Below are positions 27,068 to 35,939 of a stretch of DNA of 64,000 bases, piece by piece. Every line of letters begins with the position of its first letter. Position 1 is the first letter of the stretch. The translations under genes and the position numbers were made by a program. The notes beneath the pieces are model-generated. The model was not told the DNA's origin. It did no database searches and saw only the letters and a list, made by a program, of their open reading frames with translations. The DNA lies in the IMG/VR virus record IMGVR_UViG_2877826310_000002, positions 19,922 to 83,921 of that record; one strand, given 5' to 3'. Source of the DNA: a virus. Its lineage: Duplodnaviria > Caudoviricetes.

Positions 27068-27891
27068 GCGTTCAAGCAATGTCCTGGGCGCTGTCACAGC
27101 AGATCGTCACGGAGTCTCACGGTCGCCATGTCCTGCTGTGCCTGGCCAACTATGCGGATCAGGATGGACGGGCTGCATTCCCTTCAATATCAAGCCTGTC
27201 GCGCGATACTGGCCTGTCTCCGCGCACTGTGCAGTATCGCATTCGCGACCTCGAAAATTTGGGTGTGATCAAACGCGGAAATCAGGCCATTCCAGCGGCC
27301 TATATCAACCAGAGAGACCGCATTCCTGTGTGCTACGACATCGACCTTAAACGGGGTGCACAGCATGCACCCGGTGCACACGAAGACGTAACGGGGTGCA
27401 CGCCAGAACAGAACGGGGTGCACGCCACGACAGAACGGGGTGCACAGCATGCACCCAATCCACCCATTAACCACCCATTAACCATCCATAACCATAAAGA
27501 GGGCGATAACGCCTCTGATAAGGATGAGCAGAAAGGAAAATCTATTCGCAAAAATCCAAAGTTCGACCCTGCATCGGTGAAGCCTGCTAACGCTTCGGAA
27601 AAGGCATGGGCTGACTTCTGTGATATGCGGAAAACCAAACGGGCACCACTGACGCTTCGTGCATGCGAAATGATCGCCGCCAAGCTGGCAAATCATGCTG
27701 ACCCAGACGCGGTGCTGGATAAGTCCACCGCCAGCAGTTGGAGCGACGTGTACCCCGAGTCTGTTCTGCCAGGCACCAGCGCCAAGAGCGGGAAGCCGTC
27801 CCGTCACACCCAGCTCGATCAGGTGGACCACACCGACGGCCTGGAGCTGGACGGCAATGGCAACTACCGGATTTCTGGGGGTAGCCAATGA
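27064..27891 (+). CDS. Replication initiator (O-like, N-terminal HTH)
   Basis: VLLCLANYAD..FPSISSLSRDTGLSPRTVQ; internal iterons. Confidence 0.85.
   Translation: MSVQAMSWALSQQIVTESHGRHVLLCLANYADQDGRAAFPSISSLSRDTGLSPRTVQYRIRDLENLGVIKRGNQAIPAAYINQRDRIPVCYDIDLKRGAQHAPGAHEDVTGCTPEQNGVHATTERGAQHAPNPPINHPLTIHNHKEGDNASDKDEQKGKSIRKNPKFDPASVKPANASEKAWADFCDMRKTKRAPLTLRACEMIAAKLANHADPDAVLDKSTASSWSDVYPESVLPGTSAKSGKPSRHTQLDQVDHTDGLELDGNGNYRISGGSQ
27350..27495 (+). repeat. Replication origin iterons
   Basis: AACGGGGTGCAC at 27350, 27390, 27412, 27434, then CCACCCATTAA-like repeats. Confidence 0.8.
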
Positions 27892-28676
27892 CCACTCAAC
27901 CACGCTATGCCGTCGAAAACCGCTCGGGCGTTTGCTCGATCCACGGTCAGTACACCAACGCGCTCGTCGAGCAGTTCGGCGCAGGCCCGATCTGGTACGG
28001 CTGCCCGCGCTGCGAGTTTGATAGCCGCCACTCGCCTGACATCAGCGTCCGCGCTGGGGGCACGCTTCTACACACTGACCGCCTGTTGAACGCTCGCCTG
28101 CTCGATACATGCATCCCGGCCCGCTTCCAGCAGGCCACCCTTGAAAATTGGGTTGCTGGGAGTGACGACGCCAAGACGAAGGCATGGAACGTCGCCACGA
28201 GCTTCGTGGAGGCCTTCGCCGAAAACTATCAGGCCGGCCGCTGCGTGATGCTGCTGGGGCAGGTCGGCACCGGCAAGACCCACCTTGCCGCTGCCGTTTT
28301 GCAACAGGTCATCAGGTACTTCGGCAATCAGGGCGTGACTGGCCTGTACACAACAGCCAGCGCAATCATCAGATCGGTCAAAGGCACGTTCGGCAATCCT
28401 GCCAAAACCGAGTCGCAGGTCTACGCCGATCTGATCGCCCCGCACCTACTGGTGATCGATGAGGTGGGCCTACAGAACGGAACTGACTTCGAGCGCGCAA
28501 CATTGTTCGAGGTGATCAACGGCCGATACGAGCAGCTCAAGCCGACAATCATCGTCAGCAACCTGAGCATCACCGACCTGAAGCTGAGCATGGGTGATCG
28601 CACTGTGGACCGCCTGCGCGATCGTGGCGGGCTGGTCTGCCTGTTCCGCTGGCCGTCGGCGCGAGGTGCCGCATGA
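27888..28676 (+). CDS. DnaC/IstB-like helicase loader ATPase
   Basis: GQVGTGKTHLA Walker A; LLVIDEVG Walker B. Confidence 0.9.
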   Translation: MTTQPRYAVENRSGVCSIHGQYTNALVEQFGAGPIWYGCPRCEFDSRHSPDISVRAGGTLLHTDRLLNARLLDTCIPARFQQATLENWVAGSDDAKTKAWNVATSFVEAFAENYQAGRCVMLLGQVGTGKTHLAAAVLQQVIRYFGNQGVTGLYTTASAIIRSVKGTFGNPAKTESQVYADLIAPHLLVIDEVGLQNGTDFERATLFEVINGRYEQLKPTIIVSNLSITDLKLSMGDRTVDRLRDRGGLVCLFRWPSARGAA

Positions 28677-30004
28677 GCCGCGAACTTTACAGCCTTGAGG
28701 CTGAGCATGGCCTTCTGGGCGCACTGCTGCTGGACGCCTCCCTGTTCGACGCCATCACCGCCCGGATCACGACGGCCGACTTTGCCTACGACGATAACGC
28801 TGCGATGTATCAGGCGATCATCAACACGCACGCCACCGGCCAGCCTGTAGATGTGGTGACGGTGGGTATCGAATACCCGGACCTGCCAAGTGGCGCGCGA
28901 ACCCTGGCCTACGCATCAGAGATCGCCAAGAACATCCCCAGCACCGCGAACTGGGCCGGATATCAACGCATCGTGCTGGAGCGTTCCGCGCTGCGCCGAG
29001 TGGTTGAGGCGGCGGAGGTGATCAAGGATTCGGCCAGTGAAAGCTTGCCGGTCGCTGACATCATCGCACTGGCCCAGCAGGCAACGGCGGATCTGCGCGA
29101 CCTGGGCGCACTAGACCGGAAGGATTACTACAAGTACAGCGAGGTGCTGACTCCCGTAATCGATGGCATAGACAGTCGATTCAACGGAGCAAAACAGCTC
29201 GGCCACTCAACCGGCTTAAAGGATCTGGACGAGCTGATCCGAGGCCTTCGCAACAAAAACATGATCGTTATCGCCGGTCTGCCGGGCTCAGGCAAAACAA
29301 CGCTGGGCGTTCAGATCGCTCAGAAGATTGCATGCGTCGACAACGGTGTCGGTCTCATCGTCTCGATGGAAATGACCAAGGAAGAGCTGGTCACGCGCGG
29401 CATTGCATCCGTGGGCGGCGTGAGCCTGACGCGTCTTGATGAGGGGCACACGCTTCAGGACGAAGACTGGCCGAAGATCACCAGTGCCGTGAACGTGCTG
29501 CACAAGTCCAAGCTGTTCGTCTGCGATGAGGAAGGCATGACCGCCGCCCGCATTCGTTCGACAGCCAGGCAGGTGCAGCGCAAGGAAGGGCTGAGCATTG
29601 TGGTGGTGGACTACATCGGCCTGATCGCCGCCGAGGGCGCCGGGCAAAACCGAACGCTCGAGCTGGGCAAGATATCCACTGCGCTCAAGAACATGGCCAA
29701 AGAGCTGGACGTGCCTGTCGTTGTGCTCGCGCAGCTCAACCGTGGATCAACCAACCGCACCGACAAGAAGCCACGCCCGAGCGACCTGCGGGACTCAGGC
29801 CAGATCGAGGCCGACGCTGACGTCGTGATCCTCGTTCACCGGGATGCAGACAGCGAGGAAGGCCAGAACGGAGTGGTTGAATTGATCGTTGGCAAGTGCC
29901 GACACGCCAAAACAGGGTCGTGCATGGTCCAGCAGCAGGGGCAGTTCGTCCGCTTTGTGGACTTTGCCGGGAATCCATATGAGGGTGTAGACAAAATCAT
30001 GTAG
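28673..30004 (+). CDS. dnaB: DnaB-like helicase; last 26 aa displaced by an IS (native end 31242)
   Basis: GLPGSGKT, QLNR, SDLRDSGQIE motifs; frame resumes after the IS at 31162. Confidence 0.9.
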   Translation: MSRELYSLEAEHGLLGALLLDASLFDAITARITTADFAYDDNAAMYQAIINTHATGQPVDVVTVGIEYPDLPSGARTLAYASEIAKNIPSTANWAGYQRIVLERSALRRVVEAAEVIKDSASESLPVADIIALAQQATADLRDLGALDRKDYYKYSEVLTPVIDGIDSRFNGAKQLGHSTGLKDLDELIRGLRNKNMIVIAGLPGSGKTTLGVQIAQKIACVDNGVGLIVSMEMTKEELVTRGIASVGGVSLTRLDEGHTLQDEDWPKITSAVNVLHKSKLFVCDEEGMTAARIRSTARQVQRKEGLSIVVVDYIGLIAAEGAGQNRTLELGKISTALKNMAKELDVPVVVLAQLNRGSTNRTDKKPRPSDLRDSGQIEADADVVILVHRDADSEEGQNGVVELIVGKCRHAKTGSCMVQQQGQFVRFVDFAGNPYEGVDKIM

Positions 30005-31158
30005 TGAGTCGGCGCGCGAGTATTCGAGCCTCGGCCAACCAAACCCATGCCTCGCTTACCGCAAAAAGGCGATCATGATGCATGATCAGTCGCCGAGCTC
30101 TCTCATTCCAGGCATGAGTTCGCTCCACTACCCATCGCTTGGGCATGACCACAAATCCAGTCTGAACAGGCTCCACGGAAAATAGATCGCCTTGTTCAGA
30201 GTGCCATTGCCCTGTTCTTCTGTTATTCGGGCCACGGATCACTTGAACATCGATAGCGTGCAGTTGATGGGTGCGCTGTGCCCATTTTCCTGCGTACGCA
30301 CTATCAACAAAAAGCGTGCTCAGTGACGGATATTTTTCCTTCGAGTACGCCACCGCATCATCCGCCGCGTCACGATCCTGCACGCTTGCAGCACTGATAC
30401 TGACAGCCAGCAGCAGGCCCAATGTATCGACAATCAGACTTCGTTTACGCCCCTTCACTTTTTTGCCTGCGTCGTAGCCGCTGTCACCGCCTTGAGGAGA
30501 ACTGCGGGTCGACTGTGAATCCAGGATCGCTGCTGACGGGCTGTCAGCGCGTTCTTCCCGCTCACGCCATTGAGCTCGCAAGCGATCATGCATTTGCTCG
30601 AACTTGCCTTGAGCGCTCCACCGGCGGAACGTTTTGTAGACATTGTCCCAATGAGGAAAATCGCGGGGTAGCATTCGCCATGAGCACCCCGTGCGTACGA
30701 CATAGCAACAGGCTTCCAGCAACGTGCGCCGAGAGTGAAGCGGTGGCACTCCTCGTCCGCCCTGGCTTTCAAACAGGTCGGCGACCAGTGCCCACTCGGT
30801 ATCTGTCAAGCAACTCGGATATAGCTGCTCCGGCAGTTGGCGGCGGTGGGTTTCATTGTAGCCATAGGCTTTATTAGGTTCAGGTGACTGAAAACTTCCC
30901 TTGGCCCGCTGCTTTACACGCGTAATCCCTGCCATTTTCAACGCTTTTGCAAAGGTGTCGGGATGCGCAGTGATACCGGTTTCGGCGAAGAATACGAGCG
31001 CCAATTCGGCCTGGCTGGAATAGGGCTGTGCATGAGCGAGTTTCACCAGCACGGGATAGTGCTCGGCGGCAATCGAGCGAGGACGTCCGGTTTTAGGCAT
31101 GGCTTGAGGGCTATTCAGACAAGGGAGTGAAAGTTTAATTTATTTTGTCTACACCCTC
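29981..31158 (-). mobile_element. IS5-family insertion sequence (1178 bp)
   Basis: 17-bp IR GAGGGTGTAGACAAAAT; 3-bp TSD TAT. Confidence 0.92.
29997..31100 (-). CDS. IS5-family transposase
   Basis: YVVRTGCSWRMLP, GYDAGKKVKGRKR, RWVVERTHAW. Confidence 0.92.
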   Translation of the reverse strand: MPKTGRPRSIAAEHYPVLVKLAHAQPYSSQAELALVFFAETGITAHPDTFAKALKMAGITRVKQRAKGSFQSPEPNKAYGYNETHRRQLPEQLYPSCLTDTEWALVADLFESQGGRGVPPLHSRRTLLEACCYVVRTGCSWRMLPRDFPHWDNVYKTFRRWSAQGKFEQMHDRLRAQWREREERADSPSAAILDSQSTRSSPQGGDSGYDAGKKVKGRKRSLIVDTLGLLLAVSISAASVQDRDAADDAVAYSKEKYPSLSTLFVDSAYAGKWAQRTHQLHAIDVQVIRGPNNRRTGQWHSEQGDLFSVEPVQTGFVVMPKRWVVERTHAWNERARRLIMHHDRLFAVSEAWVWLAEARILARRLTT

Positions 31159-31228
31159 TATGCAACAGACGAAGAGGTCGAAATGGGCCGTTCTTCATTC
31201 GCCAGTCGTTCGAAGGGGAGAAGCAGTT

Positions 31229-31792
31229 ATGAGGGTTTTTGATTGGCTCTGGCCTCGCAAGACAATCACGCCGTCAGCCCTGGCTGAACTGCTGGAGCGT
31301 GGACAGCACGTCGTTCTGGGCGAAACGCAGACGCTCACGGATTCGGCGGTAGCTGAATACTCCGAGGCGCAGCGCATCGCTGAATCGCTCCGTGAGTTCC
31401 CGGAGGACTGGGCGTGGAGAGTGAAGGGCTACGAGCTGCAGCACGTCCCCACCGGTTTCGTCATGTGGGTCGCGAATAAAGCCTATGGCCTCGAAGAGAT
31501 CATCAGTAGCGGTGGCAGAAGCGGGTTTTCTGAGCACGAGCAGGCGGTCATCTGGCCAGCGGTAGAGGCGTGGCTGGCGCGTTGCAAGTTGGGTTTCACA
31601 GGGCGACTGCCGAAGGTGAAAATCCACTGTAGCAAGGGCGTGTGGTGGTGCTTCGCCAATGGGCATCCGTGGGCCGGGGCCGGCAATTCGCCCGCTGAAG
31701 CCTATGAGTCGTGGGCGCGAGCTGTATCGATTCAAGAACGCAAAGACAAGAACCCCGATAAACCGCTGCAGGTCTGGAGCCGCGCGCTATGA
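31229..31792 (+). CDS. Hypothetical phage protein
   Basis: ATG 31229 with GGAG RBS. Confidence 0.6.
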   Translation: MRVFDWLWPRKTITPSALAELLERGQHVVLGETQTLTDSAVAEYSEAQRIAESLREFPEDWAWRVKGYELQHVPTGFVMWVANKAYGLEEIISSGGRSGFSEHEQAVIWPAVEAWLARCKLGFTGRLPKVKIHCSKGVWWCFANGHPWAGAGNSPAEAYESWARAVSIQERKDKNPDKPLQVWSRAL

Positions 31793-32073
31793 ACAATGTG
31801 AATGCGGCACTGCCGCGCAAGAGCCTGACAGCCGTCGAGTGCAAGTTTCTCAAGATCGGCAACCGTCAGCTGCTCGAATCCAACAACGGCCGAATGGCAT
31901 CGGCAGCCCTGATGGATATCGTCTGCGACTGGCATGCATCCAGATCAAGCGCCGGTTTCGAGGCTTTCGCCAGAACCTGGATTGCCGAGGGCAATGCCAA
32001 AAGCTCCATAGCCAACAAACTGCTGAAAGAACTCTTCGGCATGAATGAACCAGATCCGAGGAAGGCAGCATGA
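31789..32073 (+). CDS. Hypothetical phage protein
   Basis: Coupled ORF before Q. Confidence 0.65.
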   Translation: MNNVNAALPRKSLTAVECKFLKIGNRQLLESNNGRMASAALMDIVCDWHASRSSAGFEAFARTWIAEGNAKSSIANKLLKELFGMNEPDPRKAA

Positions 32074-32456
32074 AAAAGCGTACATACGTCGATAAGCCCC
32101 TGGGCGACACCGAATACCTGCTGGAAAACTGGGGCTCGTGGCGGATGTCTGGCATGGGCGTTCCGCGCTACGTATCCCCGCTGGCTGCCTTGAAGAACCA
32201 GTGCTTCCCGGAGCCGAGCGCAACGACCTATATGATCACTGACGACACGGCAATGCTTGTGGACGCCACTATCGCCAGGCTGATTACGCGCAACCAGCAG
32301 ATGGGGGATTTCATCTGGTGGTACTTCGGCTCCAAGTGGACGATGGTCCGGATTGCCGAGACTCACAAGATGTCGGAGCGATCCGCGCGCGAAATCATCC
32401 GGCAGGGAGTGGCTTGGATCGATGGTGCTTTAGGAGATATTTCCGAGGTTGCGTAA
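32070..32456 (+). CDS. Antitermination protein Q family
   Basis: YLLENWGSW..ITDDTAMLVD..GVAWIDG; precedes late genes. Confidence 0.85.
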   Translation: MKKRTYVDKPLGDTEYLLENWGSWRMSGMGVPRYVSPLAALKNQCFPEPSATTYMITDDTAMLVDATIARLITRNQQMGDFIWWYFGSKWTMVRIAETHKMSERSAREIIRQGVAWIDGALGDISEVA

Positions 32457-32535
32457 AAAGTTCTTTCAGGCCTGATAAACACCTGTTTTTATAGCACGGT
32501 GTTCAGCTGTTTCAGCGCGACACGATGACTATCAG

Positions 32536-32561
32536 ACCCCAGCCAAGTGCTGGGGTTTTTC
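32536..32561 (+). terminator. tR'-like intrinsic terminator
   Basis: ACCCCAGC/GCTGGGGT hairpin followed by Ts. Confidence 0.75.
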
Positions 32562-32567
32562 GTTTCT

Positions 32568-32653
32568 GGAAGGTGGCGCTCAGTGGTGGGCAAACCGGTT
32601 TGAACCCGGTGCTATCGGTAACGGTAAGAGTTCGACTCTTTCACCTTCCGCCA
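32568..32653 (+). tRNA. tRNA-Ser(TGA), non-canonical 8/4 fold
   Basis: GGAAGGTG/CACCTTCC 8-bp acceptor, 4-bp T stem, TTCGACT loop, long variable arm, G discriminator, CCA. Confidence 0.82.
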
Positions 32654-32658
32654 ATTAA

Positions 32659-32742
32659 GCCGACTGAGAGTGCGCTGGGACGCACGCTGGACTGTAAATC
32701 CGGTACTTAGGTTATGTGGTTCGATTCCATCAGGCGGCACCA
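32659..32742 (+). tRNA. tRNA-Tyr(GTA)-like, 8/4 or 9/3 fold
   Basis: GCCGACTG(A)/(T)CAGGCGGC acceptor with one mismatch, CTGGA-CTGTAAA-TCCGG arm, A discriminator, CCA. Confidence 0.72.
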
Positions 32743-32746
32743 ATTT

Positions 32747-32833
32747 GGAATTTAACAAGCCTGCGGAGGCTTGACGGTTTGCTAAACCGATCGATCGGCA
32801 ACGGTTGTGGTTCGACTCCACTGCATTCCGCCA
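32747..32833 (+). tRNA. tRNA-Ser(GCT)-like, 8/4 fold with 7-bp D stem
   Basis: GGAATTTA/TGCATTCC acceptor, CAAGCCT-GCGG-AGGCTTG D arm, GTGG/CCAC T stem, G discriminator, CCA. Confidence 0.75.
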
Positions 32834-32880
32834 TTTTTGTATAGCCATAGTCAGGGTGGGCCTCATTCAGCAACAAGTCT

Positions 32881-33210
32881 TCATAAAGGCCTTTTACCGC
32901 TACTCACGTCGGCTAAGTCGTGAATCAGAAACTTCAAGAATTCTAGGCCGAGTAAAGCGTAATAAACGGCCTCCAAGATTTCCCATCGGTTGATCGGGTC
33001 GCCGCTCAGGCCGAAGTCCAAAATCTTAGATAGGCAAAAGGCCATGAGCAGAACGCCGATTCCGAATCTCGCGATCATCCTAATCAACACCCTGATCAAC
33101 TTCCCAGTTTTTTGGCTGATGGTTTCGATCAGGGCTGACTTATTGATCTGGTGCGCCGTGACACCCGCGATAATTGCCACCAACATTGTTATCCATAGAT
33201 CCTTTGGCAT
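32881..33210 (-). CDS. Small membrane protein (moron)
   Basis: 109 aa, ~3 TM segments, antisense to late operon, AT-richer. Confidence 0.6.
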   Translation of the reverse strand: MPKDLWITMLVAIIAGVTAHQINKSALIETISQKTGKLIRVLIRMIARFGIGVLLMAFCLSKILDFGLSGDPINRWEILEAVYYALLGLEFLKFLIHDLADVSSGKRPL

Positions 33211-33324
33211 CCGACATTCCTTGTAATTTTATTGATGTGAGAGTCAACGAGATTAGACGAAGGGCTAACGGGCGCTTTTCTTTTTGCTTAGCCACGCGGC
33301 TTACCTAAATTCCCCGGAGTAAAG

Positions 33325-33696
33325 ATGGACCCAACCGATCTCGGCCCAGGCACAGCTACCTGGCTGGGCGGTACGGGCACAATCCTGTTGGGTGGCTTCC
33401 TGTGGTTGAGGAAATTCCTCTCCAGGGATGCGACCGACCGCGCCATGGACAACGCCGATATCGGCACGGTCCGCCGACTGAACGAGCTGCTCGACTCTGA
33501 ACGCATTGCACGGAAAGAGGCCGAGGCCCGCGCCGATCAGTTCGCCAAAGAACGCAACGAACTCGCCGCTGCTGTCGGCAGGATGGAAGGGCGAATTGAC
33601 GCCCTCACCAGCCAGGTCGCGCAGCTCACCGACAAAGTGACATCGCAGAGCTCGGAGATCTCCCGCCTGCGCACTCAACTCGGAGGAAACAGCTGA
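33325..33696 (+). CDS. Putative holin-like protein
   Basis: N-terminal TM plus coiled coil; first late gene. Confidence 0.55.
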   Translation: MDPTDLGPGTATWLGGTGTILLGGFLWLRKFLSRDATDRAMDNADIGTVRRLNELLDSERIARKEAEARADQFAKERNELAAAVGRMEGRIDALTSQVAQLTDKVTSQSSEISRLRTQLGGNS

Positions 33697-34034
33697 TGGA
33701 AAAATGCGCAATCAATTTCATGGCCCGCCACTGGTGGAGGCGGGTAGAGGTTTGGCTGATCGCAATCGTGCTGCTGGCCGGGGGCGCAATGCTGGGCTTT
33801 CAGGTTGCCCAATGGCAGCTCGCAAGCTGGTACAGCGTCCAGCTTGCCGAGGCCCGCCGTGGTTACGACGAGGCCACCATCCAGCGTGATATGCGCCTGA
33901 ACAAGCTGGCCAAGTCCGCCACCGAGGCAGCCGTAAAGGTTGAGGGTGCAGCCGGCAAGGCTACCGAAGCGGCAGAGGTGGCCAGCAAGGCCGCTGACAA
34001 GGTCAACGAGGCGGTAGAGCGGCAGACGCCGTAA
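33696..34034 (+). CDS. Phage membrane protein
   Basis: TM plus Ala/Lys-rich helix, coupled. Confidence 0.6.
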   Translation: MEKCAINFMARHWWRRVEVWLIAIVLLAGGAMLGFQVAQWQLASWYSVQLAEARRGYDEATIQRDMRLNKLAKSATEAAVKVEGAAGKATEAAEVASKAADKVNEAVERQTP

Positions 34035-34086
34035 CCGAACACGTCACCCAAACCCGCCGGCGACGGCACAACCTGAGGCAACAATC

Positions 34087-34188
34087 ATGGCATCGAATAC
34101 CAACTCATCGAAGGCTGTATCAGCGCTCGGCTACTCCGCACTCGCAGTAATCGTGGCTGTTGCCGTGCTGATCTACCTGCTGGCCTGA
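34087..34188 (+). CDS. 33-aa single-TM peptide
   Basis: MASNTNSSKAVSALGYSALAVIVAVAVLIYLLA; GAGG RBS. Confidence 0.5.
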   Translation: MASNTNSSKAVSALGYSALAVIVAVAVLIYLLA

Positions 34189-34228
34189 CGTGCCGCAACC
34201 TCATCCGGGCGAAAATGTGGAGCGATAG

Positions 34229-34459
34229 ATGGATCGCAATCAGATCAGCGTTGCGCAGCAGATGTTCTGGGAGCGCGACAAGCTCCAGGCGCTGCTCGAT
34301 ACCGTGGTATCGGGCAAGGGCGTTGCCGTCTCGATAAGCGGGACTTGGCAGGATGCAGAGGTAGTAACGGCAGTGCAGCGTCCGTTGCGGGATTACTACC
34401 AGCAAAAGGTCAACGCCATAAACGCGCAGCTCAAGCAGCTTGGCTGGAGTGGAAAGTAA
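34229..34459 (+). CDS. Hypothetical phage protein
   Basis: GGAG RBS, 76 aa. Confidence 0.6.
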   Translation: MDRNQISVAQQMFWERDKLQALLDTVVSGKGVAVSISGTWQDAEVVTAVQRPLRDYYQQKVNAINAQLKQLGWSGK

Positions 34460-34545
34460 CGCGCCACAAATTCAGACACTGCCATTTCGTGGCGCGAACA
34501 CTCACAGCCCTGGCTTACGCCGGGGCTTTTGCATTGGAGCGGTAC

Positions 34546-34797
34546 ATGAGCGAATCACAGACAAGCCCCTGTATGACGGTTGAGCCGACGCTCACTGCGA
34601 CACCCAGCGTATTCCAGCCGTCACCAGGCGATCTCATCGTACTCAAGTACGACGGGTTCCTCGGCGAGGCGCAGCGTCAGAAGGTCAAGGACATCTATGG
34701 GCAGGTGTTTGAAGAGTTGGGCTGCAAGTTTTTGGTGATCGAAGGCGGTGCCGATCTGATGCTGATCAAGAAGGCAGCCAGTCATGACAGACGCTAA
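34546..34797 (+). CDS. Hypothetical phage protein
   Basis: GGAG RBS; ATG 34546. Confidence 0.55.
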   Translation: MSESQTSPCMTVEPTLTATPSVFQPSPGDLIVLKYDGFLGEAQRQKVKDIYGQVFEELGCKFLVIEGGADLMLIKKAASHDRR

Positions 34798-35134
34798 AAC
34801 ACTGAAGGTGGCCACGATCGTTCCTGGCCCCCAGTCGCACCCCGATAGCCCACACCTTGCAAGAGGCACCAAGGTCATTCTGTCTGATGGCAGTGAGCTA
34901 AGCGGTGTAACCAGCGTCACCCTGCGTGCAGACGCTGGCGGCCTTTGGAAGGCGACCATTGAAGTATATCCGCGCGAAATCCCCACCATCACGGTAGAGG
35001 TCACCGCGCTGGCGGACGAGGAACGTCAGTACGCATCCGGCGGGAGCTTGGCGACTGAAGGCTGTGCCAATGTCCCGTCGGACGGCACGTACCTTCTTGA
35101 GGGTGGCGAACGGGTCATACCTCATGGCGTGTAG
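34784..35134 (+). CDS. Hypothetical phage protein
   Basis: 116-aa overlapping ORF. Confidence 0.55.
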   Translation: MTDAKTLKVATIVPGPQSHPDSPHLARGTKVILSDGSELSGVTSVTLRADAGGLWKATIEVYPREIPTITVEVTALADEERQYASGGSLATEGCANVPSDGTYLLEGGERVIPHGV

Positions 35135-35184
35135 TGGCTGCGAAGCCAGACGCGAATGGGTGAAGAAGTGGAGCAAGGTGGCAT

Positions 35185-35364
35185 ATGAACGAGCACAGCA
35201 ACTCCTTGCTCAGCCAGATCCTGGCCGAGCAGATGAAGCAGACCGAGCTGCTCCGGCTGATGACCGAGCAACAGACGCTGCTGATCGAAGCGATGAGTGA
35301 AGACGATCCGGAAGACCCCGATACCCAGCCTCTCACTTACCTGGACGGCAAACCATGCCGCTAA
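35185..35364 (+). CDS. Small phage protein before HNH
   Basis: 59 aa MNEHSNSLLSQILAEQ..TYLDGKPCR. Confidence 0.55.
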   Translation: MNEHSNSLLSQILAEQMKQTELLRLMTEQQTLLIEAMSEDDPEDPDTQPLTYLDGKPCR

Positions 35365-35771
35365 GGCCGCAGAAGCCATGCAATGCCCAAGGCTGCAACA
35401 CACTGACCCGCAACCCTCGGTACTGTGAAGCCCATAAGGATGTAGGCAAGCAGTTCGAAGTGAAGCAGCGTGAGAAGCAACGCGAGACCAGTACACAGCG
35501 CGGCTACAGCTACAAGTGGCAGCAGGCTCGCAAGTCGTATCTTGCGAAGCATCCGCTGTGTGCTGAGTGCGAACGCCAAGGGTTGGTGGTTGTTGCTACC
35601 GATCTCGATCACATCGTGCCTCACGGCGGCGATAAGGATGCGTTCTGGGTTCGATCTAACTGGCAAGGCCTGTGTCACCCCTGTCATAGCAGGAAGACGG
35701 CGGCAGAGGATGGTGGGTGGGGCAATGCAACCAAGCCCAAAGGTAGACCTGCCGCGCCAGATCTTGAATGA
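35355..35771 (+). CDS. Packaging-associated HNH endonuclease
   Basis: HPLCAEC..DHIVPH..NWQGLCHPCHSRKT. Confidence 0.9.
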   Translation: MPLRPQKPCNAQGCNTLTRNPRYCEAHKDVGKQFEVKQREKQRETSTQRGYSYKWQQARKSYLAKHPLCAECERQGLVVVATDLDHIVPHGGDKDAFWVRSNWQGLCHPCHSRKTAAEDGGWGNATKPKGRPAAPDLE

Positions 35772-35939
35772 TAATAATTATCATCCTTGCAAAATTTATG
35801 CTCTAAATCGGTGCGCGCACTATTTTGGTGCTTCTGGCTGGGAGGGGGGGTGGGTAAAAACTTCACCGGTTCGCGTTTATAGACCGCGCCCTCAATCGTT
35901 TTTTTACACCCGCGAAATTAAAAATTCTGGAGTTGCGCG

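Noticed and set aside
32568-32833. tRNA-Sec, or an amber suppressor rescuing the J stop
   Set aside because: Anticodons are TGA, GTA and GCT, not TCA or CTA
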